A program made the position numbers and the translations under genes. The notes under the pieces were generated by a model that worked only from the letters and a program-made list of their open reading frames with translations, was not told the origin of the DNA and did no database searches. Positions 24,471-38,864 of a stretch of 64,000 nt of DNA are shown here, one piece after another. The first letter of the stretch is position 1. Each line of letters opens with the position of its first letter. The stretch is from Antedon mediterranea (lineage: Eukaryota > Animalia > Echinodermata): the NCBI RefSeq assembly GCF_964355755.1, contig NC_092679.1:12693432-12757431 (forward strand), read 5' to 3'.

Positions 24471-27263
24471 TAATGACATGCTGAACACACTTTCTGGCCA
24501 GGTTTTAAATTGATAACTTTTGCATTAAATGGTTTTCTGAAAAGTAATATTAGTGTCCTGACTATAGCCCAAATCCAGTTCCAATTTTTCTCAATTTGGA
24601 CTAAAAGTCAAATCAATCAATCAATCAAAGTAACATTTATTTCTCTTCTTCTCTTTCATAGAATATAAAAATTAACAGTAAATATGATTAAAATAAGAGG
24701 GGCAACATACCAAAAAAGCGAAGCTTGTATAAGGCAGCCCAACCCCAGCCCATAGTGCAGACTGCAAACCACCACAGACGACTGTTGTTTCTGACAACAT
24801 TTTTGTAAAACATTCTCTGCATCGGCATGAAACTGTCAAACATAATATTGAGCCGATTTCCTCTATATCATAACAAGCAGACCTTTTGGAAGAGAAACAG
24901 ATTCTAAAGCATTAACAAATTCTTTGAGATCACCTGAATTTGTTGACGCCAAGAATAAAGTTGATGGCCAAATTTTCTACTCCATACGCTACCCATATGT
25001 CTATATCAAGGCAAATCTTCCTTGCACATCTCTTTGTAAATGTTCTAATAGGTGAAAGATATACAGATAAACATGCAAAAATGATAAATAAACCGTTAAA
25101 GATATATTGTCCAGACAAAGACACATGAACAATTAGGTCAATAAAGATTTTGAATAGGCGACTTCCACAGATCTCCACTTGTCTACTAAAATTCAGATTC
25201 AGATAACATTTATTCAGATAATAATGAATGAACGTACACAAAATAAAAAAAAGATATTAAAGTGAACATAGATAAAGCAAAGCAGTAATTGGAAGTCATT
25301 ATTATCATGGATCCCTTCTAGAAGTTTAAACTTGTCTCGCAGGGACCCACAAACAAAACACATTACTAAAAAAATAAACAATAAACCTAGAGTATATAAG
25401 TATATAATTGAGGATAAAAATTGCAGTATAATAACATAACTAACATCTTCTATATCAAATTTATTTAAAATTATATTTCTATATTTTCATTATATAAATG
25501 AAATAAGTACCGACATTGGTAAATGAAAAAAATTAATGGTTTTATGATATATGTAGGTTTTAGACACAATCTTGAAAATAACGTTTGTATAATTGGTTCA
25601 TTATAGCCCTGTAATGTGAATTGCTTTGCAGCCACTTTAGTTTTGGCAACTTAGGAAAATTCTCTCTACTTGCCATAAAAACATATATATTTGGATGGTG
25701 GCCATTTGAATTTTGGCCGCCATCTTGGAACTGAGTGCCTGCATATTAGGTAATATATACTGAATCAGTTTTACTGACCCAGACAATATTGATCCAGTGC
25801 CCAATTATTGGCTATTTACAACTTTACAGCCAGAGATATAATGATAATAATCATAATAATAAAATTTACCAGCGGCCATTTTGAATTTTGGCCGCCATAT
25901 TGGAACTGAGTGCCTGCATATTAGATAATATATACTGCATTAGTTTTACTGACCCAGACAATATTGATACAGTACCCAATGCAGCAAGTCATTTTCAGTT
26001 GGAGATAAGAATATTTCAGATAGCCTCCTGTTTCTTAAGTACATCAAAATACAATCAAGTGTTTACAACATAAATTCATCTGACTTCTAACCCTTAGGGT
26101 TTTTGAATAAAAACCACTTCCTCAATTTGGATTATATTGAATGTCTTCACATTTGTTTGCCAAGTTTCAAATCAAATTTATTGTACCAGGAATCTAATCA
26201 AAGTTATTGAACCTGTTGATGACCCAAAATTCAAGGAATTCAATTTTCCCTTTTTCTGGAATTATAAACTATTTATCAAAAAAAAATCTAATACAAATAT
26301 TAAGGCCTAGCCTACCTCAATTTTGTATTAGATAAAAAATAGTTATTTTCAACAACTTGCACAGCCTGCAATTAATAGACTTCCCTTCCAATCGAAGTAA
26401 TCAAATAGCGCGCAACTATTCTTTCCACCTGAGATTTCACAAGGTTCACGTATGTGTGTGAAAACATGTAATAAGTCGGGAGATCAAACCTGGTTACAAC
26501 TTGTTACAAGTTGTAATAATTTAGGCAGATGTAAAAAGGGTATAAGCCTACATTAGGCCTCTCATTGTACAAACTGCATTTTTAGTTAAAACGGAATGCA
26601 AACTTCTAGAAGGATTAAACATAAAAATGGCTTAAAATGAGTGCATGAGTAACTTTGTCTTTGCATACATCAATCTTCCCCTTGCACAAATCTCACCTGA
26701 AAAACTCCTGGTAGTAGTTATATATGACATTTGGGAAGGTTCATCTTTTCCAATCCGCCCATAGGAACCAAGTGGAGATAAGTTATTATTTTCTTGTAAT
26801 CAAGGCCTGTTTAAATTTAGATGAGTTATTATTTACAATTTATACATGCATTTGTTTTATATGCCCTTACGCATGTTAACCCCCCCCCCCCCTTACGCAT
26901 GTTTGCTATACTTTTCTACTATATTTTTCCACATGTTTAGTTTATAATAATATTTATTTTTAACTTATAAGTTTATAATGTAATTGTGTTTATTTAAATG
27001 CTTAATTTGAGAAACATTCCAATATGTAAAACCTTGAATACACCTGTTTAATGTTGTAGGTCTTCTTTAAAATATTCTATCACCAGCTGGTATTTTAAAA
27101 AGACAATTATATCTTGGGGTTATATGCTGCTTGACACTTGTTCTAGCCAAATTGCCTATATGCCCCTAGTGCAATAAGTTTACAATGCTTGTGTGTCCCT
27201 TGTAATGCATTTTATTACATTGTCGTTTCACCTGTTCTTGTACATACAATTTGTTGCCTGAGC

Positions 27264-27998
27264 GGGTATTGCTAAACACCGCAAACCCCCGCAAACCTCC
27301 AAAAAAATATAGCAAACCCCATCGAACCAACATAAAAGTGATTGAATTATGTAGTGTACAACCCACTGGGTATATCAATGTAAAAAAAAAATTAAATTTC
27401 TACTGTTAACTAATTATTTTTGGGGTAAAACATCATTTTTTGGTAAAAAATGATTGTTAAACCCCGCAAACCTCCAAAAAACCATAGCAAACCCCACCGA
27501 ACCAACATAAAAGTGATTGAATCATGTAGTGTACAACCCACTGGGTATATCCATGTAAAAAAAATATTAAATTTCTACTGTTAACTACTTATTTTTGGGG
27601 TAAAATATCATTTTTTGGTCAAAAATGATTGCTAATTTTTAACCAAAAAATGATGTTTTATCCCCCAAAACAAGTAATTAACAGTAGAAATTTAATATTT
27701 TTTTTAGATGGATATACCCAGTGGGTTGTACACTACATGATTCAATCACTTTTATGTTGGTTCGGTGGGGTTTGCTATGGTTTTTTGGAGGTTTGCGGGG
27801 TTTAACAATCATTTTTTACCAAAAAATGATGTTTTACCCCAAAAATAATTAGTTAACAGTAAAAATGTATTATTTTTTTTACATGGATATACCCAGTGGG
27901 TTGTACACTACATGATTCAATCACTTTTATGTTGGTTCGATGGGGTTTGCTATGTTTTTTTGGAGGTTTGCGGGGGTTTGCGGTGTTTAGCAATACCC
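27264..27998. mobile_element. 735-bp foldback (near-perfect palindromic) MITE with 8-bp TSD, Merlin- or hAT-like
   Basis: GCCTGAGC|GGGTATTGCTAAACACCGC...GCGGTGTTTAGCAATACCC|GCCTGAGC. Each arm has about two 175-bp units and the centre is near 27630. Confidence 0.9.
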
Positions 27999-28847
27999 GC
28001 CTGAGCTGTGTTTGTGATTTTATTGATTTCAGGTGCTATACTTTTAACACAATTATTAGTATTTCATGAAACATGTATTTCATTGATTTTTGTATTCAAT
28101 AAAAAAAAATCTAACAAACGTAAAATAAACGAAACTGTCTTTTTTTTTATGTATGAAAATTTCCTTTAACAGAAATACAAATATATTATTTATATTATAT
28201 AAGTAATATTATATAACTAATTTAGATAAAATTGTTCTCTACATCGCAGTCAAACATATTTAAATGTTTTTATTGATTCATAGTCCGTACAATGTTGAGT
28301 GTTGTCAGTACAGAAATTCACATTCAAGGAACAAGAAAACAATCTCAAATCAAAACATTTATTGCACTTTATTTCAGTACTTTCTCTTAATGTACTAGTT
28401 TTACTTAGAATTAAGACAGATTTACCCAAACACATTTAATATTGTATGTGTAAAAAGTATTCTACAGAAATTTACAATTCTAACATAACTTAGTGTAATA
28501 TTATACAGGACATTAATTGTAAACGAAAAAAACTTTGCATTAAGAAGTATATTGCCATCCAAGAAGGGGTACATTATTAAGGAGACTCGTAAAGCCCAGT
28601 TTCTGCTGCTATACAACAAACGGTTTTAAAAGCATAATCACACACAATCATGATCCCAATTTGACCTCATTCAAAAGGTCACTGAATGGCGCAAACATTT
28701 GACTATGTGGATAATAATGACATCATTACATAAAAACAACCACAAATAATCACTAATGAAATAAAACCGTTTTATTTTTAGTGCAAAATAAGGTGTCATA
28801 GTGACAAGACAAGGGTCCTAACTTGTATTATTAAAATCTTTCTTCAA

Positions 28848-29185
28848 AGATGTATTGTCCCCCAAAAACATGAAAAATGAAGATTAATAAAATCAGACTT
28901 TGAATAGGTTATTTTGCAGTTTTGATAAAGTTATTCACTTCCGTAGCAAAAAACGAAAGAAAAATAATGTTTTCCCTTATAAAATGACAAATTAAATGGT
29001 TCAATTCAACCAAAAATCCATTGGCTGGCAGCCAATTTTTTGCTTTAAATTAGTTTTTTCAAGTAAAAAAATTTTTTTTTCCAATCTAATTTTTTGTGAA
29101 AATGGATAACTATTATGTGACATTAAAATGCCATATTCAACAACAACAATTTAAATAATTATTTTTTCAGGGGGACAATACATCT
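28848..29185. mobile_element. Second copy of the Kolobok-type MITE
   Basis: TCAA|AGATGTATTGTCCCCC...GGGGGACAATACATCT|TTAA, with internal sequence homologous to 19415-19763. Confidence 0.88.
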
Positions 29186-29829
29186 TTAAAATAACCACTA
29201 AAAAATTGTTAATTCACAGTTTATGTAATCAACTGAAATGAATAACTTGCACATGTGCAAATCATAAAAATGACGTCGTTGGGTATCGCTTGACATATTT
29301 AAATAGAAAAGTTCCTAATAACACCCATGGTCAACTTTCCCTGCCTGCACACGGTCAACTGATTTAATCCGATTTATGATATACACTAAATATACCTTTT
29401 TCAATATTGTACCAAACAACCGCCAAAACCTGCCAAAATGTCTTGTTTCGATAAAGTACATTGAAAAGATGTCCTTTTTATAGCAGATTCAGTTACAAAC
29501 AATATAGGGAATTTGTAAGATTTTTAAAAATACAGAGCCATGTCCTTGCAGTACTGTTATTTCAGATCAGTTTTAAATTTTAAAAAGAACATTCCATGAA
29601 AATTTGAGCTTCAGCCGCCAATTAAATTTTATTTCTATTCTTTATAGTTCAGTAAACAGTGGATACTGTATACCAGGTTTGTGTACATTGTTTATTTTGA
29701 ATGAAAAATACTAACGATCAGGCCCCAATAATACAAGTTTTAAAAGAATTGGGTGATCCTGTCACAACTAAATAATTACTCATTATTATTACATATTCTT
29801 AAAATGCAAATGATTGAAAATGCTAATTA

Positions 29830-31402
29830 GTTATCCGTGTAACTGTCCTGTTTCATCATCTTTTTTTTTTTTTTTTTTCTGTATTCTTCTTTCTTTCTGT
29901 CATTTTTGTGTCTCGCGTAACTCAAAAACGTGTAAACATAACATTTCATAACTTTGTCAACATGTGGGCATTTACGTGAAATTGTGCACCTCCTATTTTT
30001 GAATGACGTCAGAGTTGCGCAACATGACTTACGCGCGTTTTTCCGAATTTCGCGTATTTAACATAGATCGAAAACCATATAACAATTTAAATTGAAACTG
30101 AAAAAAAGTTTAAGTTATATCTTGCGCTAACTGACTATGGGGAAAAAATGGCATGTTTCACACAAAGTTACGCGCGCACGCGCGTTTAAAATTTCAAATT
30201 GCGAAAAATCAATTTCTAATCAACTTTCTACGCGTTTCATGTCATTTTAAGCATGTAAAAAATTCCCATGCGCGCGCTTTTTTTTACGCGCGCGGTGCGA
30301 ACGTAGCGTTGAAAACAATTTTTCTCTCGTGATTTATGTTTTCAAGCCTTTTATAGTAATTTTACCAACTTTGAAACAATTTCGACTTCAAATTACGTCA
30401 TACGGGCACGTCGAATTGGATAATTTTTGTGCGTTTTTGAGGAAAAAGTTCAAAAATTTGTCAAAATTATACCTTTTTTTAAACAATCATAGATTCTAAA
30501 CTACGAGGTGAACTTTGTTTAAATTACATATCCAGGAAGATGATAAGTTGTAGATAAGGAATCATGCATTGATATGGCAAACCGGACATTGTGACGTCAT
30601 CGTATGGCCACGCGAATATAAAATATAGGATTTTTGTATCTTTCGTCATACCGCATCTCATTTAATAGAGCGCCTCTCCACTTATCCGTATTCCATTTTA
30701 ACCCAGACTTTGAAATTTTCTAGGTCAATCAACTATCTTACGCAGGAGTAAAAATTTTTTTTATTTTTATGACGTCATCATGTCTAAAAATGTAAATAAC
30801 GTGGGTCACTTATATTTATCTTTACAGTAAATTTTAATCTGTTATAGCTCATCAGAATAAAATGTGATAATCACGATTAAAACGTTTTCTGGAAGCTATT
30901 GGATTGTAGATACGAATTCATGTAAACATTTTGCCAATCGGATGTTGTGACGTCATCATATGGCCAGTTGAATAAAAAAAGACGTATTTTCATATTTTGC
31001 CTAATAGTTCATCACATTTAAAAGGGTGCGCATCTATATTTTACGTATTCAAATTTCTTCTACACGTTAATATGTTGTTCCTGAGATAATTTCCTTCTGA
31101 AATTGCTATCTAAGTGTTTCATTTTGATACCGTCGCCATGTTAAAAATTGGAATAAATGGCGGGTCCCGTAATTTCACCTATTCTACACTGTATGTAATA
31201 TGTATACAGATTATACTGTTTGCATGTATATACTATGACACAAAATTGACAGAATTCAGCACTAACAGCATATCATATTCTTCAGTTCTTGTCATAATGC
31301 CATAATCTTTATCTGTGTGCAATATTCCAATGTATGACGTGCACGTGGCGTTTGTCGTGGTGCGGATAACTAACTCGTCAATGTGACGAGTTTCATGTCT
31401 AG
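29830..31402 (+). mobile_element. Non-autonomous Helentron-like element (~1.57 kb), same family as 12021-13242
   Basis: GTTATCCG start, GCGGATAAC subTIR, AACTCGTC..GACGAGTT hairpin and CTAG end. Fragments of the family also lie at ~20790-20970(-), 37420-37830 and 61820-62490. Confidence 0.8.
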
Positions 31403-31755
31403 TTAAAATTTTAAAATGGATACAACGTTATATCAGAAAAGTGTTCCAATCATATCACTTAATCTACAAAAATGCAACTTTGACACTTAATTATTGGAAA
31501 GACATGAAGATCAATACTGTAATAATTCATATAAAAATCTATATTATTGTTTACATTAAATCTGCAGACGCAGCTAAAATACAAGTAAAACAAGTATAGC
31601 ACCAATGAATACTACTTTAAAAAGGTGTACAAAGTTATGTACATAAACACATTGACCATCAAAAGCTACACATTTTTTTGTGTTGGCCATACATACCAGT
31701 TCGATCCAAACTTTAAAAACTATGCGGCCGATTTCAATACCACAGTATTCAAGTG

Positions 31756-32081
31756 GGTGAGTGGCCGAGCGGTTAAGACAGTGGAACCGTAATCACGTAG
31801 CCATAACATCGGCAGGGGTTCGAGGCTCACTCACTCCATGATTCTAGTGGTAGAACGAGTCTTCTCGGATAAGGACTATAAACCGTAGGTCCAGTGTACA
31901 CAACTTGCTCGTGTGCACTTTAAAGAACCTAGTACATCTTTCGAGACGAGTAGGGGGTTACCCCGGTGTATTAGTACATCACAACCACTGATCACCAACT
32001 GGGATCACCTCTGGGAGACCAGTCTTTGACTGAAGAGGTTACCCAGTATAAATATATATTTCAATCAATCAATTCAATCAA
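31756..32081 (+). mobile_element. tRNA-derived SINE with a Deu/Nin-like central domain
   Basis: A box TGGCCGAGCGG, B box GGTTCGAGGC, central CTCGGATAAGGACTATAAACCGTAGGTCC...TTAAAGAACC...GAGTAGGGGGTTACCCCGGTGT, (CAAT)n tail, and TCAAGT on both sides. Confidence 0.8.
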
Positions 32082-32485
32082 GTCCTAACACAGTTTTAGT
32101 GTTCTCTTACTGATGAGTCTAGTAGGAACAATATTAAATTTCTTATCCAGGAATTTTACAAGAATGGCCTTAAAATATGTATTAAAAACTAAAAATAGAA
32201 ACTAAAAATATAAACTAATACAAGAAAATACACAAGGTTGGCTCTATTAATTGATTATGATTATTGACTATTGACTATTTTGTCTGTGTATCTTCATCAG
32301 TATCTATATTTTTCTTCAAAAACACCCTAAACTGCCTTTAAAAAAACTCCACACACATGGGAGATTATCACCTCTCATCATGAAAGAAGACAAGAAATCC
32401 AATTAACGAAATAATGTTTTCATCTTCATAATTATCTGTTTTTAACTCTGTACTGTTTGGTTAAACAATTCTTATTACCTCCTTC

Positions 32486-32646
32486 TTACACTGTGCTGCA
32501 TGGATCTCCATTCTCATCCTGATAAGTAGAGCCTAGCATACTAGGTTGAATTTTCTGTGTGCTAAATACTTCATCTGCACTCTCTTTCATCTGTGGCTCA
32601 TCGCCTTTGGCCTCGGCAATGTGCACAACTTTGTTTGTCTGGCCCC
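32486..32646 (-). CDS. Possible terminal coding exon of an unidentified gene
   Basis: A poly-T/AG acceptor precedes an open frame GQTNKVVHIAEAKGDEPQMKESADEVFSTQKIQPSMLGSTYQDENGDPCSTV*. Upstream exons were not identified. Confidence 0.3.
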
Positions 32647-35557
32647 TTAAAAAAAAAAAAAAAAATGACATTATACCGTAGATATTAAGGAACAAAAATG
32701 TTATCAATTAAATGTCAAACGGTAGTGGTAATGATGCAAAGACCTAAACTTAACAAATAATTTGTATATATTCATATTGTGATTAGTTAAATAATATTGA
32801 GTATTGAGAAAGTGTATGCTACCATGTGCAAAAGATCACATTTTTATGACAAAAGTAATTTTAAACAACTCAAATTAAAAACTAATGTTTGTTTGAATTT
32901 ATGTAAAAACCAGATAGAAATTATCTTTTTTCATGTTTTAACTTGTGAATATTCAATCAAAAAACATGTTTTTTTTTAGTTTAGTCATTTTGCATTCATC
33001 ATACTATGAAAACAGAGACGATAGTAGAAGCAAACTACCAAAACCTCTAGAAGGACCCTGTCCCTAGATTTCAGTTTATTCTGAAAAGTATCTCAGATGG
33101 TCAGCAACTGTCAATAGAATAGAAAATTGGGGTTAATGTATTCACATGCTTATCAAAACTGGTTGTTCTGCTTGCAGCAGCCTGAAACTGACGCTTTGAC
33201 ACCATACTTAGAGCACATAAATTGATTCAGTACTTTCATTATTGATTCCCATGACCTCTTCCATTGTGTCTTCACCTTATTTTAAAGGCCATGGTGCAGG
33301 CAAAACATTTCTATTCCAATAATTATCAATCTATAGTTCCTCTATGTTTCATAATTTTGGGGATTTTATTTGTGTTACAGGAGCTTGTTGAAAATAAGCA
33401 CTTTCTTATCAGTGGGAGGATAGTTCAAATTACACAGTAAAATCTCTTGTATTGTACACAAATGTTGTAAATAGAGAAACTATGAAAAATAAACGGTGTG
33501 GTAAAAAATGTTATCAGATGACTAAATATAGGTAATATAACTTGAATTTTACATTTCTAGTATTTTTATTCAACTTCAGAACTTTATTTTTATGCTATAG
33601 CAAAAATTATCCACTGTAAATCCATCATCTTTTTTCACCTTCTAGGGAGTCACCAGACATGTTATTACAATAGGTTTTCTACATAACTACTGAAAAAAGT
33701 GTTCCTGGTTTTTATAGAAAAATTGTGCCAAATTTTGTATTTGACCATTTTAAGGGAAATTTATGTTTTTTTTTCTTGATTTCTGTTACAATTTTTGATT
33801 TATGTACAATTAACCAGTTATTATATTTAAAATTCATGCCTGTACCTGAGCTTTAAGGAAGTATTTCCCAATTTGAAATTTTAAAAAAGATTAACTGTTG
33901 ATCACAACATATTTTCCCATGTTGCTTTAAATGGACACCAAATATGGTTACATGGACATGGGTTCATATGGAATCGATTTAATATCAAAGGTGTTTTTCT
34001 TGGGACATTCTAATCCCCCAAAAAATGTTACTAACATACTCTGAAAAGTCAGTAGAACAATTAAAAATGTATTTAACCTTTATTTTAAGTAATTTAGAAA
34101 TTATTATGAAAAAGGTACAAACCGCCATAAAGAAAGAACAGCATGCACTGGTTATAGTCTTTCTTTTTATGTAGCCAATCAGAGGCGCTGAAATGAGTCA
34201 TGTGTGCACTCTTTATTTGCACTGGAGTGCAAAAAGTGCACAGCAAAAAAGCATAACAGTACTCTGCATGTAATCATATAAACCGATCACGTTATAGACT
34301 TGCTGCACGATTTACGCGTACGTACGTATGTATATATCTTCTGTACTACTCGACTGTTTTGCTAGGCCTACAGTAGGCTTGCTAGATGTGTGCTATTTCG
34401 GGTATTCACAATGTTATGCAACATTGTAATTACCCTCAAGTGCGCTGCATCTCCACTAACACACTCAGACTTGTGCATTATTTAGGCAAAGAGGAAAAAG
34501 CATAGACAAAATCAAAGTGAACATGCAATGTTCATCAAAAAAGCTTCATTTTTGTTGTTTAATAATAAAAGAGACAGACAACTAAAGATTGGCACTAACC
34601 GTCCCAAAGATTATTTTCATACTCAACAGAGGTTTGTTATAGTTGTAGGTTATCCATGGCATTAAAAGTCAATACATTCCAATGCCTTGCGTTTAAAACA
34701 CTCTGATCAAGTCTAAGCATGTATACATTCATGACAAACGCATGACAGTTTACATCGTAAAGTTGTTTTTTGTTATTTTTATTTATATAATGTTACTTTC
34801 AAATATACTGATTTGTGTTTTTACTACTTTAAAATAATTTCAAACATAATTATTACACAGACAATTCTGTGATTAATTTATGAAAATATTAGCAACGCCA
34901 ACTGTACTTTTCTTTAAAACTGAAAACATGAAAATAAATATTTGACGTTTAGCTATTTTGCTGTCATAATTATAACCTAGGGTACAGGTATAATTTTGGC
35001 CTGATAATCGTAGCCTTTTCATTGGTTACGGCTAAAATCACTGAGAAATGTGGATTAGGATTAGCATTATTAAATCTACTCCCCACCCTCCCCCTTGCTA
35101 GGTTTAGTAATGCCATCGGCAAGATCAGCCACCTAACGCTAATCCGCGGTTCAGACACAGAAATATGTATGCCACTTACATAACGCTAATTTAACGTTGC
35201 GAGTCTGAAAATACCATAAGGCAATTACACAATTAACTCAAGGTCAATGAAATAACTGGTTATTGATGTCCAATGTGGGTGATTTCCTTAATTTTAAGTA
35301 TATTTTTCTGTTGCCAAGAAATTTGTGGTATTCCCACAAAATATTTAAAAAAAAATAAACTAGATTCCAGTTACTTATTACTTCCCCTCTTCCATTGTGA
35401 CATTTATTGTTTCCTGTATAAACCTCCAAATTTGAAATTCTAAGAAAGAGTAACAATATCATCTGTCAATCATGGAAATTTATATGTTGCTTTAAATGGC
35501 CACCGAAAATGGTCACATGGACACGGGTTAATTGGAATATTCGATTATATCCCTGAT

Positions 35558-35600
35558 TATATAAATACACATGACTTTGGAGCTACAGTCCATAATTTAG
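35558..35600 (+). promoter_or_regulatory. TATA-containing core promoter conserved among FReD paralogs (also ~48413 and ~59808)
   Basis: TATAAATACACATGACTTTGGAGCTACAGTCCATAAT, CATAAATAGAGCTGACTGGGGCTACCTTCCATAAAT and TATAAATAGATATGACTTTAAGAAGTACCATCCATAAT each lie ~105-120 bp upstream of the ATG. Confidence 0.7.
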
Positions 35601-35678
35601 TTAGTGTTCTGACGAGACACAACCACTAGCTTACTACTAATATTATATCAACCTGACATAGTTTGTAAAGGCAGAAAG

Positions 35679-38209
35679 ATGCTGGCAAGATGGTTCCTTG
35701 TGTCACTGATGGTGGCATTAACCCTCTCAGACAGCTGTGTTGTAGAAACTGAAGAACAGGATGGTGTTTCTAACATACTTGTTGTTATCAAAAAAGAATG
35801 TGGTGATGAAGGAAGCGATTTTCAAGACACTCGAGTATTAAAAGGTAGTTATTTTAATTGTGATGTTATGTGAACAAAATGCTTTGTATTTATGATGGCA
35901 TTTTAGATTGCCATATTGCATGCATATTGAATTGTAGGCAAGGTAGAAGAGTGAATTAAGCATCATACACTATGCTTATTTTTGCAACGTCTGAGTTCAC
36001 ATGATGTAGCTTACTTTTTTAAAAGCTTTGCCACATTAGAATGGGCTATGGGGGTATCATTCTTGCAAATAGGCTTATAGGCCATTTCACAGAGCTGTTC
36101 ACATCTGGCAATCATTTTTTGAAAGTGCATGATTAAACTAATTGATTAATATATTTATGATTGTCAAATGTTATGTTTTTTTTACGACCTGTACTCTTAT
36201 TGTAGTCTCACACGTTAGGAATTAGTTTTGGGAACAAGTTGACATGGGAGCAAGTGGAAATGAGACTTTGGATTGAGTTTACTGTAAATTTTTAATTACA
36301 ATTTATTTACTTATGTACATCTCTTTTAAGATTATCCACAAGATTGCACTGACTTACTTGAACGCAACAGTGAGGCAACAAGTGGTGCTTACATGATCAA
36401 TATTCGTGATGGAGGTGAACCATTCCGAGTTTACTGCGATATGGACACTGATGGAGGTGGATGGACGGTAAGGCCTAATATTTCATTCAATGTTAGTAAT
36501 TCTACAAAAATATTAAAACCAAAATATTATAATACCCGTAATAGTTTTCCATAATTATATGAGCATTAAAACACAGTGCCTTTAATTTTCAAAATTCACT
36601 AAGAAACTAGAGAAAATCATTGTGCACATGCGCATGTTTCTTTGCATGTGCAGATTGATTTTCTGTAGTTTACAGATTAATTTGTTATTTACTATATGAA
36701 CATACAGTATGAACACATAACTAGACTATGAAATTTAGGAAGTTAAAAACTCCACTGGACTGGAGGAACTGAACAATGATATAAGAAAGTCTAGTTTGAA
36801 CAGAAGAAACATTTTAGCAACACATTTCTTTTACCTGTAGTAATAGTAAATGTATATCTTGATCTTCCAAAATTCTTACAAAACGTCAAATTGTAGGTAT
36901 ACTCTACAAATTTACTCGACGAAATTCAATCATTATGAATATGACTTTGTCACAGATCTAAAACTCACTAATTAATTATATTTGTAAAGGTTTTTCAAAG
37001 ACGATAAGATGGATCCATGAATTTCTATAGAAATTGGGCAACATACAAGGCAGGATTTGGGAATGCTAATAGTGAGCATTGGCTTGGTAATGATAACATT
37101 CATCGCCTTACATCTGATGGTCAGTTTGAATTAAGAGTGGACATGTCCACTTTTGAAGGAGAATCTGCCTATGCTAACTATGGCAACTTTCGAATAGGTG
37201 ATGATGAAAGCAACTACAAACTGATATGTGGTAACTACAGTGGTAATGCAGGTAAGGACTTGTTTTCACACCGTTTGGCTCATCTACAATACATTACTAT
37301 AACAAATTAAATATTGTAATGTCAGTATTATGTCTGTCTGGTAATAGTGTTTCTCTGATACTTCTAAATAATAATATAGCACGACCTATGTTGAAATAAA
37401 ACTGTCTCACAAAGTCACGTTTCATTTGGAGATGACGTCATCATGTTAAAAGTTATTTCACCTATGCTACACTGTATGTACAGTAGTATGTATACAGTAT
37501 ATAGTGTATACCTGTATAGATACTTTAGACACAAAATAGAGAGCACACCAACAAAAAGTATAATTTATATCATGCACTAACTTTCTGTTGAAAAAATGGC
37601 ATGTTCCACAGAATGTTAAAAATTAAAAATGCAAAAAAATCAATTTCTATGCGTTTCATGTCATTTTAAGCATGTATAAATTCGCACGTGCGTACAAATG
37701 TTTACGCGCGTGGTGTGCAGTGTTATAAAAATCATTTTTTTGCATGAATAACATTTTTCCAGTGTTTCTAGTAATTTTACTAAATTTGAAACCATATTGA
37801 CTTAAAATCATAAGCATATGTCAAATTAAAGCAGGATTTAATGTAGTAAATTAGGAAGTACTATATACCAAAGTGCACATTATGTCCAATTTACTGAAAT
37901 TGGCTAGATTGTACTCAAATAATATTCAAATATTATATTATTATCTTTATTTTAGGTGATTCACTGTCATATCATAACAATCACCGGTTTTCAACCTTTG
38001 ACCAAGATCATGATACAGCAGCCTCATCATGTTCTGTGTCATACAAGGGAGCTTGGTGGTACAGGTATGTTGGATGTCATGTATCAAATCTGAATGGATT
38101 GTACCTGTGTGGTACAACTGATCAGTTTGCCACAGGTGTGGTGTGGAAAAATTGGAAAGATTACTACTATTCCTTGAAAACAAGCGAGATGAAAATACGT
38201 AGAATTTAA
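35679..38209 (+). pseudogene. FReD paralog A (ficolin/tachylectin-5/MFAP4-like), single nonsense mutation
   Basis: Exons 35679-35844 (signal peptide), 36331-36467, 36990-37251 and 37956-38209. Motifs [42 protein letters not shown] and SNLNG. TAA at 37005-37007 replaces the GAA of the paralogs (QRR*DGS). Confidence 0.92.
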
Positions 38210-38389
38210 TGGTAGCATGATATAGTGAAGTTGATAACTTGAGTTAAACTCAGAGTATAATAATTAATTTGAAAATTAATAAAATTCAAAGACACCTAAG
38301 CTTTTAAAAATTTATGTAAAATTAAATACACTTAATGTGAAAAATAAGTTGATTCTAATAATTCAAGTAGGACGATACAAATACTAGCA

Positions 38390-38864
38390 TTCATTCAAGG
38401 TTTTTATTCAATAAAACGAAAATTTACAGTGTAGCCAAAGGCTAAATTGTGTACAATTTTACAAAATATTGCACATATAAAAAAGTTAAAAAAGTTATCA
38501 CATAAAAAGAACATCTTATATTGAAATGAATTAGATAAAGTACATAATATGAAAATGAAAAAAACATTGAAAAATTAAAGAAATTGTTACAAATCATGGC
38601 CTAATAAAATATCTGTATTAAAACTTATGTATTATGTATTTCACATTGGTTGATGACGGCAACGTTGGCTAAATGTAATTATTCTTTATTATTCAACAGG
38701 TTAATTAGGTATGGCAAAGGGCTATTTTTATATCGTTTAGTTTTACATTTTATTTGTTGATATGGGTTGGTCTTTCTTAAGTTGTACGGTTTATTTCTAG
38801 CCATGATTGAAAATATGCTGACTTTATGCACAGATTGATATTTTCGTTTTTTTCTGTGATGCAA
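38390..38864 (-). mobile_element. CR1-like LINE 3' end inserted in the 3' flank of FReD A
   Basis: KPYNLRKTNPYQQIKCKTKRYKNSPLPYLINLLN* followed by a 3' UTR with AATAAA. The segment is absent from the homologous flank of paralog C. Confidence 0.65.

Noticed and set aside
25700-25980. ~160-bp direct repeat with GGCCGCCATCTTGG motif
   Set aside because: Looks like an ordinary internal repeat of a common interspersed element, and no termini could be defined.
31756-31835. Possible tRNA gene
   Set aside because: A and B boxes are present but there is no convincing cloverleaf, and it continues into a SINE body and tail.
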